Below are positions 41,561 through 53,660 of a stretch of DNA of 64,000 bases, one piece after another. The stretch's first letter is position 1. Every line of letters starts with the position of its first letter. The stretch covers positions 71,178,001-71,242,000 of the forward strand of contig NC_045697.1 of the NCBI RefSeq assembly GCF_009834535.1, written 5' to 3'. The notes beneath the pieces are model-generated. The model had not been told where the DNA came from and made no database searches. It saw only the letters and a list, made by a program, of their open reading frames with translations. This DNA is from Camelus ferus. Its lineage: Eukaryota. The position numbers and the translations under genes are program-made.

Positions 41561-43519
41561 GCTACTTCAAAATGGCATACAACAGCTACTGAGCTGCCTC
41601 AAATTGCCTTTACATTAAATACTGAACTAACAGTTAAATCCATATGACATCTAAAATCAGATTCCAATTAATCTTTCAAAATCTTAGTGCCATTTCTAAT
41701 TAAGTAATTAATTGATTCAATAAATAGACATATTTACTGAAGATGGAAGTGTGTTTTGAAGAAAAAAACAAAAACTTGAGAACTGGGGTGTGAGTGCACA
41801 GTCAAGATGAGCTAAGGCACAGGAACAGGGATATGGAAAAGCACAGGGCATGCCCTAGGAAAACAAATAATTGAGGCTCCTTCTAAGAGCAGGAAGATTT
41901 CAGTCTCAAAAAAAAAAAAAAAAAAAAAAAAAACCAGCAGAAAGAATGAAAAGGTGGGAAAGGAGATGAAATGCCCTTAATTTCACTTAGAAACTAATAA
42001 CTCGAGTACTGTCAACTGAAGAGGGACAAGTTGCATGAGAAAAATGCAGACACTGTAGGAGTAACCAGAGTTGTACAAAGATTTTTAAGGTTGGTTTTTT
42101 TTTTCAGTTTAAATAATTTCCTCTTTTCAGGGATACACTAAATGGCTTGGATTAAATCAATATGGAGAAGAAAAACAATCTATAAATTCTCTTTAGTTAG
42201 TCTATATTCAACTACAGCAAACAGGAAAGAGACATTCCCCCTTTCCTGCAAAAATATCTGCAAGGTTAATCTTAGAAATTTTAGAAAAAGAAGGCAAAAC
42301 TGTCACATTTAGTGATTACATTCTTCAGGTGGTACATAGTGACGAGTGAGCCTTCAGCCATTTGGCGGGGAGACTTCAGCCATTTGGCAGGGAGAATTCT
42401 GAACCCCTGGTTCTTACTCTGACTCCGTATGCTATGGGACCGCACGGCTGGCATCTACTTGAACACAGAAACCATCTTCATCTACAGCAGTGCCCTAGGC
42501 ATGCCAATATCACCATGAAGAGCTGCGGGACAGAATCAATAACACAGAGCAACACATCTGACTACTCATGAACCAAAGAAAATAAAATTTCAACTTTATC
42601 TCCCCTCCATACCTAGACAGACCTAAAGAAGATTCAAATCCCATTTATATTAATGCACTGAGATAATACGCTTAATGTATTAGTCACACATAAAGTAACA
42701 TACCTACGAACCAAAGGTCCAAGACTGTGTGTGTGTTTAAGACATCTTCCATAAACAGCTATGGGGCCAAAGCCAAGGGCATTAGCATGATTGGATTTTT
42801 GTGTTATGTTCATGAACCCAATCTTGGCACTTGTTTCTTTTAACTGAGTCAGCTTATAGGACTTCCTGCTAAATAGTAGCTGCTCAAAGTTCATAAACAT
42901 TATTTACTCAGCCCGGGAGCAAACTACTATAAAAATTATAGAAGGGCAGTCACCAGATTCATTTATTATGTCTAATACTACCAAATTAGCCTTTGTCATT
43001 TTTATTGTTACCTTTTAGCAATGCTATATCCTGCCTTCAAAAACTTTACCAAGGGGATGGAGCCTCTCTGCTGTAAGATTCCATAGCCAATATCCTCACC
43101 AACTGAAAATCCCTTTGCTGATTCCCTCTCCACTCCTTTCTCTGAGCACACTTCCTCTTTGCCAAGGTGAATCTTCCATCCATTTTCTTGAAAGTGCCTC
43201 ATTGCCCACTCTAGTACTCCCTTTTTTAAAAAAATCAATGAAGAGAATAGTTCTCAAACATTTCAGATTTTTTTCTCTACAAAAACTCTCAGGTCTCCCC
43301 AGGCCAAAGAAAAGAAAAAAGAATAAGAAAAACCTACCCTCTGATTCTGTTCCTTCTCAACACAATAGCTCCCCCTCCCCTATGGTTTGTCTTGCAAATG
43401 AAGACTGCCCCAGCCTGCTAATTCCTCACTTGCCACTCACCACCCCACCCCCAGGATACTAGTTAAGCCTCTACTTGGCTTAAACTGTTCTCCTAACCCT
43501 TCGCATTTCCTATTTTTCC

Positions 43520-43920
43520 TTATGGCCACTGCTCTATGTGCTGACAAGTCAGAAACTTAGGGTTATCCAAGACCCCTTCAGTTCTGACACCTAATGCATG
43601 CAGTCAGTTCCTAAGGTCTTATATTTAGTTGATATTTCTACTATTTGTCCCAAATATATCTCTCGGTGCCAGGATATTGCTCTGGGTGCTTTTTACTTTC
43701 ACCTATAATATAGTGAAACCCTCCTAACTAGTCTTTCCACCTTTATCAATATATTGCCTACAACATGCTATAATAAATCTTGCTAGACATAAATCTGACC
43801 ATGCCTTAGTTACAATTTAGATTATAATTTACACTATACCCTGATGGTAGAACCATCTTCCAGAGGCCCAGCAGCAATCCTGTCTCTGTCCTGCTCTACA
43901 TCTTCACTAGCTCTTCATAG
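43520..43920 (+). mobile_element. Degraded L2 fragment
   Basis: 'caagtcagaaacttagggttatcc..', 'ctcctaactagtcttt', 'aaatctgaccatg'. Confidence 0.55.
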
Positions 43921-44798
43921 TCCATTATTCAAGGCTTTTCTCTCTAACTTATATTCCAGGATTCAAATAAACAATATTAAATCATTATTCCCCTCCATGA
44001 AGATAGGGATAAAATGCTATTCATTTTTGCCACCTCCTATCAAACACAAAAGGGCCATTAAACAAACAAACAAAAAGGGTTCAATAACTATCATTCAATG
44101 CACAGCCCACAGAATCAATAACCAAATCAAAAGGAAAAGAGTACACGTTTCATGCAAACAGCGAATTTTACGTATATTTATTTTTACTGCATTATTATTA
44201 TTTTTAGTGGCTGTCTCCTCAGAACCCAGAAAACATCCTGGTATTAACAGGCACTCATTAAGTTGGACTGTTGGAAATGCAGGCATGCTGTGGTGCTAAT
44301 CCACTTTGCTTTACAGCTGGGCAACACAGAAAGTACACTGCTGTCATAATGAAGCACTTAAATGTGAACATCATGAAGAACGATAACACACAAGTACTTG
44401 TAAGATTAAGTGTCTAAATATGGCGGTACTCCAGAAATGCCATTCCCATAGAAGAAGGGCCTTTACTTAGCCACCCTCCAGAAGTTGGCCACAGGTTTCT
44501 CCAAGAACATGTTAACATTTCGTAAATTTTCATTTTCCCATGGTAATCTCTGTGGCATAAAGTTGGCTGCTGAAGGTTTCGTTAAATGTGAGAAGGAGTT
44601 CCTATAAATGGAGCTAAGAGCATAGAACATGTGAGACAGTAAGGAAAACACACTTCATGTGCTTCAGGGCACACTATGCTGCAGTCAAATTCTTTGAAGA
44701 ATACTGAGAAAAGACAGCAATTTTAAAATTGAAAGGCCAAAATGAAAAAAAAAAAATGTGTTGAGCTTATAGTACTTTTATTATCTAACATCTGTAAC

Positions 44799-44929
44799 TT
44801 TTATTTGGAGGGGGGGGGAATTAGGTTTATGTATTTATTTGTTTATTTTTTAATGGAGGTACCAGGGATTGAACCCAGGACCTCGTACACGCAGAGCATG
44901 CACTCTACCACTGAGCTATATCCTCCCAC
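44799..44929 (-). mobile_element. tRNA-derived SINE (vic-1 type)
   Basis: 'aatggaggtaccagggattgaacccaggacctcgtacacgc..catgcactctaccactgagctata'. TSD-like 'ctaacatctgtaacttt' / 'ctaatagctgtagcttt'. Confidence 0.9.
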
Positions 44930-46519
44930 CTAATAGCTGTAGCTTTTAAAGGGGCTATAGTTATTGCATAAAAAGAAGCATCATTGTGAGACCTATGAAG
45001 AACACAGATCATTCATTCAGGTGTGTAGGCACTTACACAACCAAACACTCACTTTAAAAGTAAAAACTTTGCTGTTAATGAATGTGTGTCTCAATCCATT
45101 GCTCTATCACCAGGCATAGAGGAATGTCCTCTATCAGGTACTAAATGAGGATGTTCAAACTGAGTTTCCTTCAAACTCCGAGATGCAAAGGAAAGGCTCC
45201 CTGGATAATACCATAAGTTTCTAAAAGTATGCTTACAGACATAAGGCAATTGCCTGCAATTATTTAAGATGCACAATGCTCAAAGAGATTTCAACGGTGG
45301 TTTTCAAGGAGACCATAGTCTATTTAAATGGATATATTAAGGGATATCTCCTAGAAAAAGCACATCTGCATATGGGCAAAAAGAACCTTTATACTCACTT
45401 TGTTTAACTCAGTTTTTATTTCTTAATTTACAAGTTGGTTGGTCCAGTCGCTGATTCCCTACACCAGCCTTAACAATTGGGTAAGATCAGTTTCTAATGA
45501 GCAGTATCATTATCATTTGCATTCAAATCAATCATGGCCTAAAAGTCTTTTTTTGAAAGTTTATACACCAAAATAGATTAAATATAGCATGATTCTATGA
45601 GCTTTTAAGAACAGTTCCATAAACTACATGTAAAAATCATTCTAGTAATTTTTGTTAGACCCCTTTATTACAGAACTGCCAAGTTCCTGGTTTTCAAATT
45701 GGGAAAGACCTGTGGTCCTATCAAATTTACTATAAAACTTACTCATTTTACCTATAACAAGCCATACTTCCCTATAAAAAGTAATTTTGTGGCTAAATTT
45801 ATAACATACAACACACATTATATTATAAAAAGCAGACAAGGAAAACAAAAGTAATTCTGTAAATGAAAAGTAGGCAGAGACGATTTTATTAGGAGTAGGG
45901 ATGGCAGCTGGTTTTAGCCACTGGCAAATCTACCTGCCACTTCTTACACAGGTTCCTCAAGGTCCCTCAGAGAATTAACCTCTCACGCACGCTTTTCTCC
46001 AAGAATCAGGGCTCCCCACTCATCTTTTCAAGTCCACCAGATTTCTATTTATAAAATTCCATATGTTTTCTAAACCTCGACAATTAAAAAGCAGCATTTG
46101 GTCAATGATAAACTCATAACCAATGCTTAAAATTCATGCATTTAGCTAGACAATTATACCTGGTATAATTAAAATCTATATTCAACAATTCTTTCATTCA
46201 ACCAATAAGAATTTATTGGTGCCAACCATGATTGGTAAGCTCTAGTTACTTTCCCACATACATACCACCAGACAGAAGTTGAAATTAATGTTTTATGTGT
46301 ATATAAGATATTCCCTGTTCACTTTCTAATTGGAGAAAGTCACTGTAACTTTAAAAGGCAGTTAGCATTAGCAACAGTTTTTTCATGGGTAAGTCAATGG
46401 GGCACGAATGAAACAAAAATGCCATAAGTAAGGACAAAAACTTTTGACCTGTAGGTTACTTATCTATCACATAGACTGCTTTTTAAGTCTGGCTTGAATC
46501 TGTCCCCTTTTGGGGAGAA

Positions 46520-46612
46520 AGGGATCTTATCCCTCCCCCACCCATCTTCACATTATTTGTCTTCCTGTTACTGCATGAGTCAGCACCACTGGAAGTGGAC
46601 AGCTTCCTGCTG
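46520..46612. promoter_or_regulatory. Putative enhancer: CNC-sMAF/AP-1 site flanked by ETS cores
   Basis: ATGAGTCAGCA at 46575-46585, with CTTCCTG at 46561, GGAAGT at 46591 and CTTCCTG at 46603. Confidence 0.35.
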
Positions 46613-47109
46613 TTTATTAAGCAGAAAAGTCTTCTCTTCATGGAATGACACATCTTAGCTAAAGCACAAACAAGGGTAAAAATGCGCCCAAAGTATAGTG
46701 GGAAAAGTTAAACACACACACAAAACAAGAATGACAAAAACACTACTGTTAAGCAAATATCCATGTTGCTCACTGATACAATTTACCTTTCTAAGACAAA
46801 AAGTTAAGATATAACATACTGCTATTATCTTAGTTATTCCTAATAAGAATATCATAATGGAATGATTATGAATTCACTTAATCACTAGGAATGTCATTTT
46901 CTTTCTTAGTAGTTAGGCCTAATTTGCTTCAAAAAGATTTCCTTGATACCCCACTCCCCTCACCTGCAAGTTAGGTTAGGTATCTTGACACTTGTCTGTG
47001 GATACCTCACTCTGTGTCCTTAGTTCAATAATATGATAATATTGAAACTCTGTTTTTAGACTGATCTCCTCCTATCATTCTAGTCATAGCACTTAATACA
47101 ACTACACAC

Positions 47110-47330
47110 CGTTTTGTTAATGCCCTTTAATATACCTGGCCTGTCACATTACCTTATTTAACACTATAATTACTTTATGAAGTATTATTAGTCCCATTTT
47201 ATATTTGAAGACATTTACCTAGAATTATAATTACTTATAAGAATTATAACAAGTGGCAGTCAAGATTTAAACCCAATTCTATTAAGCATCAAAGCCTGGG
47301 TATCTTCCAGAGATAGACTACCTCCTCCTA
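47110..47330 (-). mobile_element. MIR fragment
   Basis: 'agtcccattttatatttgaag...aagtggcagtcaagatttaaaccca...caaagcc'. Confidence 0.6.
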
Positions 47331-47469
47331 TAATATACAAGAAGTACAGGATAATAAAGTAATCCTATCAAGATTCATTTATCTATTCAGTACAAGCTTG
47401 TTCAAGAAAAAATGTTTTCAACGTTATGGACCATGAGCATACCTCTCTTTAGTACTGATCCTCTTACTT

Positions 47470-47680
47470 GGAGAGGCAACACAACACAAGATTATATTGT
47501 CTAACAATCTGGGTTCCAACCCCAGCCCCCCAAGGACTTCTCTGTGCCTCAGTTTCCTCATCTGCACAATGTGAATAATAACACTATCTACCTTGTAAGA
47601 CTAAATGAATTGGTATTTGTTAAGTACTTGAAACAGTGCCTGGCAGAGTAAGAAGGGTGAGGTGTTTGTTAAGCAAAACC
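47470..47680 (+). mobile_element. MIR SINE
   Basis: MIR core 'ttctctgtgcctcagtttcctcatctgcacaatgtgaataata' and 'aagtacttgaaacagtgcctggca'. Confidence 0.85.
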
Positions 47681-49289
47681 ACTCTCCATGGGTAGACTGT
47701 ATCAAATCTGCTTAATGGCAAACTCTGTTGACAGCACAACATGTACTTTATTTATAGAGAAACACCTTGTAACCCAAATACTTTTAAACATTCCCTTAGG
47801 GCAAGAGAGCTAGTTGAAAGGGTGGACAATGAGCAACTGTTCCCAGGTAGGAATGAAGAGCTAACAGCTGGGGTGAGAGGGAGCAGAAAAGAAACTAGAA
47901 GTTTCAGACTTTCTTCAAAATACCATTTTCCAGTTTGATTTTAGATCATTTGAAGTAGTATCAGATGTTAGTATCATCCCTAGTTCAAAGTGGGTAGATT
48001 TTTGTAAATATTGATTATGATCCTCCAGTTGATGACTCAGTCAAGTTAAGCATCATACTACTAGTTAATATTTTGAAAATACAAACTGATATGTGTTACT
48101 TTCTAAATCAAGATTATATTTTGTAACTTTTCAACACCTGCATATGGGTTTCCATTTCTCTTAGTTTAAAGAAGTAATGAGCACATTTTTTTCAATCAGA
48201 TTCTATTCTTAATAGAGAGAAATAATCCTTAAAATTACTCATTTATTTTAAGACAATTCACATTCATTAAACTGAGTCCCACGTATAAGTAGTTTTATTT
48301 CCCCTTTTTTCAAAAACAAGCTTCAACTCAAACCTCTAGGGTCAGAATGAAGAAAGAATTCTTTCATAAAAAAATGGCTAAGGGTGCTGCTACCTCTGCA
48401 GGAATGACACAACCTGTCAACACTGCAGACTGAAAGAGGGGAAAAAAGGATGAATTTTGAAAACATCCTGGACCAAAATGCAATAGAAAGTTGGCTATTA
48501 TAACGTACATCTGTTAAAATTTGAGTAACTTAGACACCTGAAAAAAAGTTTTACATAGTGAAGTTGCAGAATAACTCTTTACACAGCTTAGAGTAGATAA
48601 AAGAATATTATAGATGAGAAAATGTGTTTAAGTTTTAGTCTGTTTGCAGTCTTTACTCAGTTAGTATTGACGGACATCCCAGCTATTATTTTGTTACAAC
48701 TTCCAAAATCTTCACTTATTTTATTTCAACTAACCAGATCAAAGATCTGCTGAATTATTCAGTAATTTAGGGCATAACTGATTCTTCAGGAATACTAAAC
48801 CAGCATTACTTTCTGATCTATCATTTCTTTTCCTTTAGAAATGACAATCTTTCAGAGTTTAAATATGACTTCTTTCTTTTTTCTTTTAATCCCTTCTTCT
48901 ATCTACTATATTCCAACATGAAAGTCACAGATTACATAAAAAGAATACTTGGTGTACTTACTATATTAGTAATATCTTCAGAAGGACCTTTTTTTTTTTT
49001 TGTCTTTAAAGAAAGACTTCCTTCCCACAAATCCAACCTATATAATTCATTTATTGTTTCACTTTATAAAACACTTTAATCAAGCTAAAGTGAAGTTTCA
49101 TTTAGATTATTACAAATCTAACAGCCATTTTGAGCAGTAAGACAATTTATGTTAGATAAGACATCTGAAAATAGCATTTAAAACCTTTAAAAATCAGTCA
49201 TTAATATCTCATTTTTATTTCTTAATCACAAGATGCTCAAAAATTCAAAAACAAAACTGAATGGCCTCAAAGGTTAATTACATAACATG

Positions 49290-49620
49290 GCCTGCAGGCC
49301 TTTTGTCTGAACCTATTTCCTCATTAGCCTCATTATTTCTTCATAACCCTCCCACTTAACTGTGTATATTCTAGCCACAAAGAACATCTTCCTATTCTTC
49401 AAACTCTCCTCAGCCTCAGCTCGAAGCTTCTGTACAGACTGTGCTTTTACTTACACGCCCCTCCTCTCTTGTGCCTCCTCCTATAGCTAACTGCCACTGT
49501 CCCTCAGGTCCTGACCAGTTGACACTTCTTGCAGGTCCTTCCCTGACCCCTCAGGGCTGCAGGCGAGCATCCTCCTCCATCTGCTCTCACTGCATCTTGC
49601 TCTTCTCTGTAATAGACTAG
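49290..49620 (+). mobile_element. L2 fragment
   Basis: 'ctagccaca...ttcttcaaactc', 'gacacttcttgcaggtccttccctgacccc'. Confidence 0.6.
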
Positions 49621-50374
49621 AGAAGTAATATCTTCTTTCATGTCAAATCCAACAGAAATATGGTGGCAACATGTGACAACCTTTCACCACTCACATTCCT
49701 ACAGATCACTGCAAAGAAGATATAAGGCTGGAGGAAATACACTTCTCCCAAAGAGCAATTATTGGAAGCTATTTCCACCATTATTTCCAAATACAACAAA
49801 AGGCTTATTTAAAAAAAAAGAGCCCACACTGTCAACATACTTGTACTTAATACTATTGACAGTAAAACTAAAAAACCAAGGTCGTTGCAAAATGTATCCA
49901 GAATTTAACAAAAGAAGTTATGTTTTCTTTCCATTAAAGACCCCAAATTATAAAATATTATGCAAATGAAAGTCCATTTGTCTATTTCTCTTAGTTGCCT
50001 TTCAACCTTCTTTGCTGGAAGCTTGTTATGTAAAGAGGTCACATTTACATCTTATCAAGGTTTTGTATCAGTGTTATGGAAATCTGACCACATTAAACAA
50101 TGAAGGAAACAAAAAATACCTCCAAAGAAGGGCCCCCTCTGAAATATCTAGGACACAGTCAAATATATAAGCAGTAGTTTACTTCATGAAGGAGTCTCTA
50201 GTTCACGAAATCTGGAAGCACAGGTATCAACCTTCATTTAAAGGAAAGTTTACTAATTATTTCTTCTCAAAATTAAACTTTGAAAAATAGTTTCAGTCTT
50301 TAATGCAAATTTAAATTCCTCTTATGCCATCTCAGCTTTTTTCACTGAAATTTTTCAGAGGTTCACTTTTTCCA

Positions 50375-50505
50375 TTTTCTTTTATTTTTTAAATTTTTTA
50401 AATTTTTATTGAAGTATAGTTTACAATGTTGTGTCAGTTTCTGGTGTACAGCATAATAGTTCAGTCGTACATACATACATTCATTTTCATATTCTTTTTC
50501 TTTAT
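50375..50505 (-). mobile_element. LINE-1 extreme 3' end (artiodactyl/camelid type)
   Basis: 'tttttattgaagtatagtttacaatgttgtgtcagtttctggtgtacagcataa'. Confidence 0.85.
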
Positions 50506-50674
50506 TAGTCCTTTTTTTAGTTATTTTTTCCTACACGTGTGAAGAAAAATGTAGAATGGTATTCTCACATCCATTATTGCCTCGTTCTTTTCCTCATTCA
50601 TCTCCTCTTACATTCACGTACCTGTATTCATTAGACATCCACTGTGTACTAGGAAATGGGATTTTCCCTTTTTA

Positions 50675-51000
50675 AAACATATTAATAGACTTTAATTTTT
50701 AGAGCAATTTTAGATTTACAAGAAAACTGAATGGAAAGTCACAGACTTCCCAAATACCTCCTGCCCACCCCCTACAATTTCCCTACCATTAACATCTTGA
50801 ATTAGTGTGATACATTGGTTACAACTGAGCCAACCTTGATACAGTAACTAAAGTCCATCACTACGGTTAGGGTTACTTTTGTGTTGCGTAGTTGTGTGGG
50901 TTTTTACAGACACATAATGTCATATATCTATCACTACAAAATCATACAGAATAGTTTCCGTGTCCTAAAAATTCTCTGTGCTTCACCTGTCCTAGCCTCT
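50675..51000 (-). mobile_element. L1MC-type LINE-1 3' UTR
   Basis: 'atagactttaatttttagagcaattttagatttacaagaaaactga...taactaaagtccat...atcatacagaatagtttcc..cctaaaaattctctgtgc'. Confidence 0.85.
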
Positions 51001-51292
51001 TGCTCTCCCGTGTTCCCCCTGAACCAGATATTTTTCCAAGTTACAATGGTGAACCTGCCTAGTACATAAAAGTGCACATTTAATATGGAGAGAGACCCAC
51101 TTCTTAATTCTCACATAGCAGTAAACAAAAATGGACAAGGAAAAGCCATTTCTAAACAATTAACAACAGCTCTTTTTATTAAGACTTTAAAATTTGATGT
51201 TTTGGAATAAATTCAACACTGCATTTATTTTATTCTATACAATGTTAAAAGAACTATAAGCTTATAATGAGGTAAAATAAATACATTTTTTG

Positions 51293-51416
51293 AATGTATT
51301 TTATTTAAAAATTATTTTGTCCATACTCTCCCCGTCATTTGTCAGTAGCCCTCTGCTATTAACTCATTACTCCAAATTTGGCCTCTCTCTAGCTTCAGAA
51401 TTAGGGCCATTAACTG
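51293..51416 (+). repeat. Left arm of a long-range inverted repeat (pairs with 54457-54582)
   Basis: Hand alignment to the reverse complement of 54457-54582 gives about 7 substitutions and 2 one-base indels over ~126 columns. Confidence 0.95.
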
Positions 51417-52537
51417 CCTGGAGGGAAACATGATGCCTTCCCCAGCACTTCCTCCACCATCTCCCGCCTGCTGTGATTCAGAAATAACATCTGTTAAGAG
51501 AGGGATCTCTCCATACTGACCTCAAGGCTCTTGAACTATGTGCTTACCAAGTCTCTCTTTCTGCTATGAAGTAAATTATGAACACCACGCAGGTGTCCAC
51601 AGTTTCATAACTTCACTGGGTCCTGAGAATCTAGGGGTCAACCTGCTACCCATCACTCTGACAGGTGCTACTAACGTGATAGGCAGGGTTTATAGAAGGC
51701 AGTCCCAGTTTCTGCCCCTCGTACTTTCACCTTCAAAGCATCCTGATTTAGACAATAAATTATGTGGTCCCCCTGTCCAAAACACCCCCCAACTCACTCA
51801 CTTTACTTATTCCCTACCCTCCCTTGAAACAACCATCCCTGTTGACACCAGCCCTTTCATGCCACGGGCTATCAAACTTCCAGAGCTCTGACTATAAGAA
51901 CTCTGCAGTCACTATTTTTCATATACACTACATTCTATGAAGGACTGTCTTAAAATCTGACCGATTTGTTTTACGAAAACTGAATGGTTCCCCCCAAAAA
52001 AGCATTTTTCCAACTAAAAAATGTAAGTAAAATGTCTTGCATTAGACTTAGGAGCGTAACATTCTTCTTGAATAAAAGAATCTCAAGCCAGTCACCTCAC
52101 TAAGAGAAGTTTGTTCAACAATCTATCACAATAGGAATTGGAGGGAATTCAACATTAAGAGTAAAGATGCGTGCCTAGATTTCAAGTCAATTTTAAAAAA
52201 GAAGAAAGTTTGGCCATAAAACATGCAATTCAATTTCTTTTTACAGATGGCAAGGCCAAAAAAAAAAAAAAAAGTGATCCAGGAGCAACAGAGGGATAGT
52301 AAAACAAGGGGGAAGTGAATTTTGGGTAGTTTCATAAAGGGTCTGAGGAACGACATTTAGAGAATAGAATCAAGTAAGGGCAACAAAGATGCTCTAGGGA
52401 GTCCTGGAAGGGAAGGAGCTGAGAAAGAGCCAGTGAACAGACAACTGGCAGCATCCGACACTGATCCTACTGCATCTGTGTGGACAGCCACCAATCATTT
52501 AGAATTTCCATGAGTAAGCAGTGAAGAAATGCATTCC

Positions 52538-53030
52538 TGTGACTTCCGTGTGATAATTGCTAAAGGGCTAGTGCTGTATATAACTTGTTGTTTGGTGTCG
52601 AAATTAGTTTGCCCCATCAAAAGATAACTTGCAGAGTCATTTACCAGCTTCAAATGTGCTCAGTTTGAAACCTGATTGAAACCAGCTGAGCGAATGACAT
52701 CACCACCGGCTTTTTACTATAAAAAGGGCAAGCTCTGTGAGGTCATGAAGCAGACGCTGGGTGAACAGAAGCCAAGCTGGAAGAGAGAAGGCCAAGTGAA
52801 GTTCAGAGGAGAGAGACTCATTCCAAGAAGCAGCTAGGATGAGCAATTTGCTGAGAGACAGCTGCAGAAGAGAAAGAACACAATGGAAATTTTCCTTTAA
52901 GGGCAGGGGCTGCTGTCTCTCCTAAAGACATAAGTGATCTTAAAGCAAAGGCTCAAAGGAGAAACCGATTGAAGCCCTTTCAGATTTTCAGTTCCTGGCA
53001 CTGAAATAAACTGTAACATCAACATAGGAA
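52538..53030 (+). mobile_element. Probable ancient solo LTR (family not determined; Gypsy- or ERVL-like)
   Basis: About 490 bp starting 'tgtga' and ending near 'caaca', with TATAAAA at 52718, a purine-rich R-like stretch and AATAAA at 53005, in LTR order. Confidence 0.5.
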
Positions 53031-53049
53031 TAGTATTCCTGTGGTCTTT

Positions 53050-53660
53050 TGCTCAACATATATTAATTGAGCACCTACTATGGACTAGGCAGTGTCATAG
53101 GAACTGGGGATACACAAGTGAATAAAATGGACAAAAGTCACTGAAATGAAAGACAATAAACAGATAATAATAAAGCATATCCAAAAAAAGCACTGCAAAG
53201 AAAATTAAGAAAAATGGTTGGGTGAAGAGTGGTGATACCTGAGCAAAGACTTCGGGAGGTGGGGAGATGAACCGATGGTGTGGGTATCTGGGAGAAGAGC
53301 ATGGCAGACAGAGGTGCCAACGAATGCGAAGTCTTGAGCTGGGAGCGGGCTTTCTGTGTTGGAGGAACATCAAGGCTGCCAGGACTGCTAGTCAGAAGGA
53401 ACAAAGGGAAGCAGGCGTTTGACTGTGGACAAATTAATTTCATTTAGACAGGCAAGGATTCCGCTAGTAGCTGGATAAGAACATAGGCACAGGAAACTGT
53501 TTTTTTAAGGTGGAAAAAGTACAGCATGCTTTTCTGCTAATGGGAAAGATCCAGTAAGGAGGGAAAACAATGATGCCAAAGAGAGAGGGACTTGCTAGGG
53601 CAATGTCCCCTGATAGGTAAAAGGGGTGGGATCCAGGGAAGATGGGAAGAGACCCTTCCT
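53050..53660 (-). mobile_element. L2 3' fragment
   Basis: 'caacatatattaattgagcacctactatggactaggcagtg..ctggggatacacaagtgaataaaa', 'ggtgatacctgagcaaagactt', 'ggaggaacatcaaggctgcc'. Confidence 0.85.

Noticed and set aside
43844..44299. 151-aa ORF, longest in the window
   Set aside because: Begins inside a degraded L2, has no recognisable domain, and is within chance length for 64 kb.
46787..46790. 4-nt microexon 'tag|AAAG|gtaaat' on the - strand
   Set aside because: Short pyrimidine tract with the putative branch point too close to the AG. Such juxtapositions occur by chance.
51560..51700. H/ACA snoRNA (two hairpins)
   Set aside because: No ANANNA hinge box or correctly placed terminal ACA on either strand.
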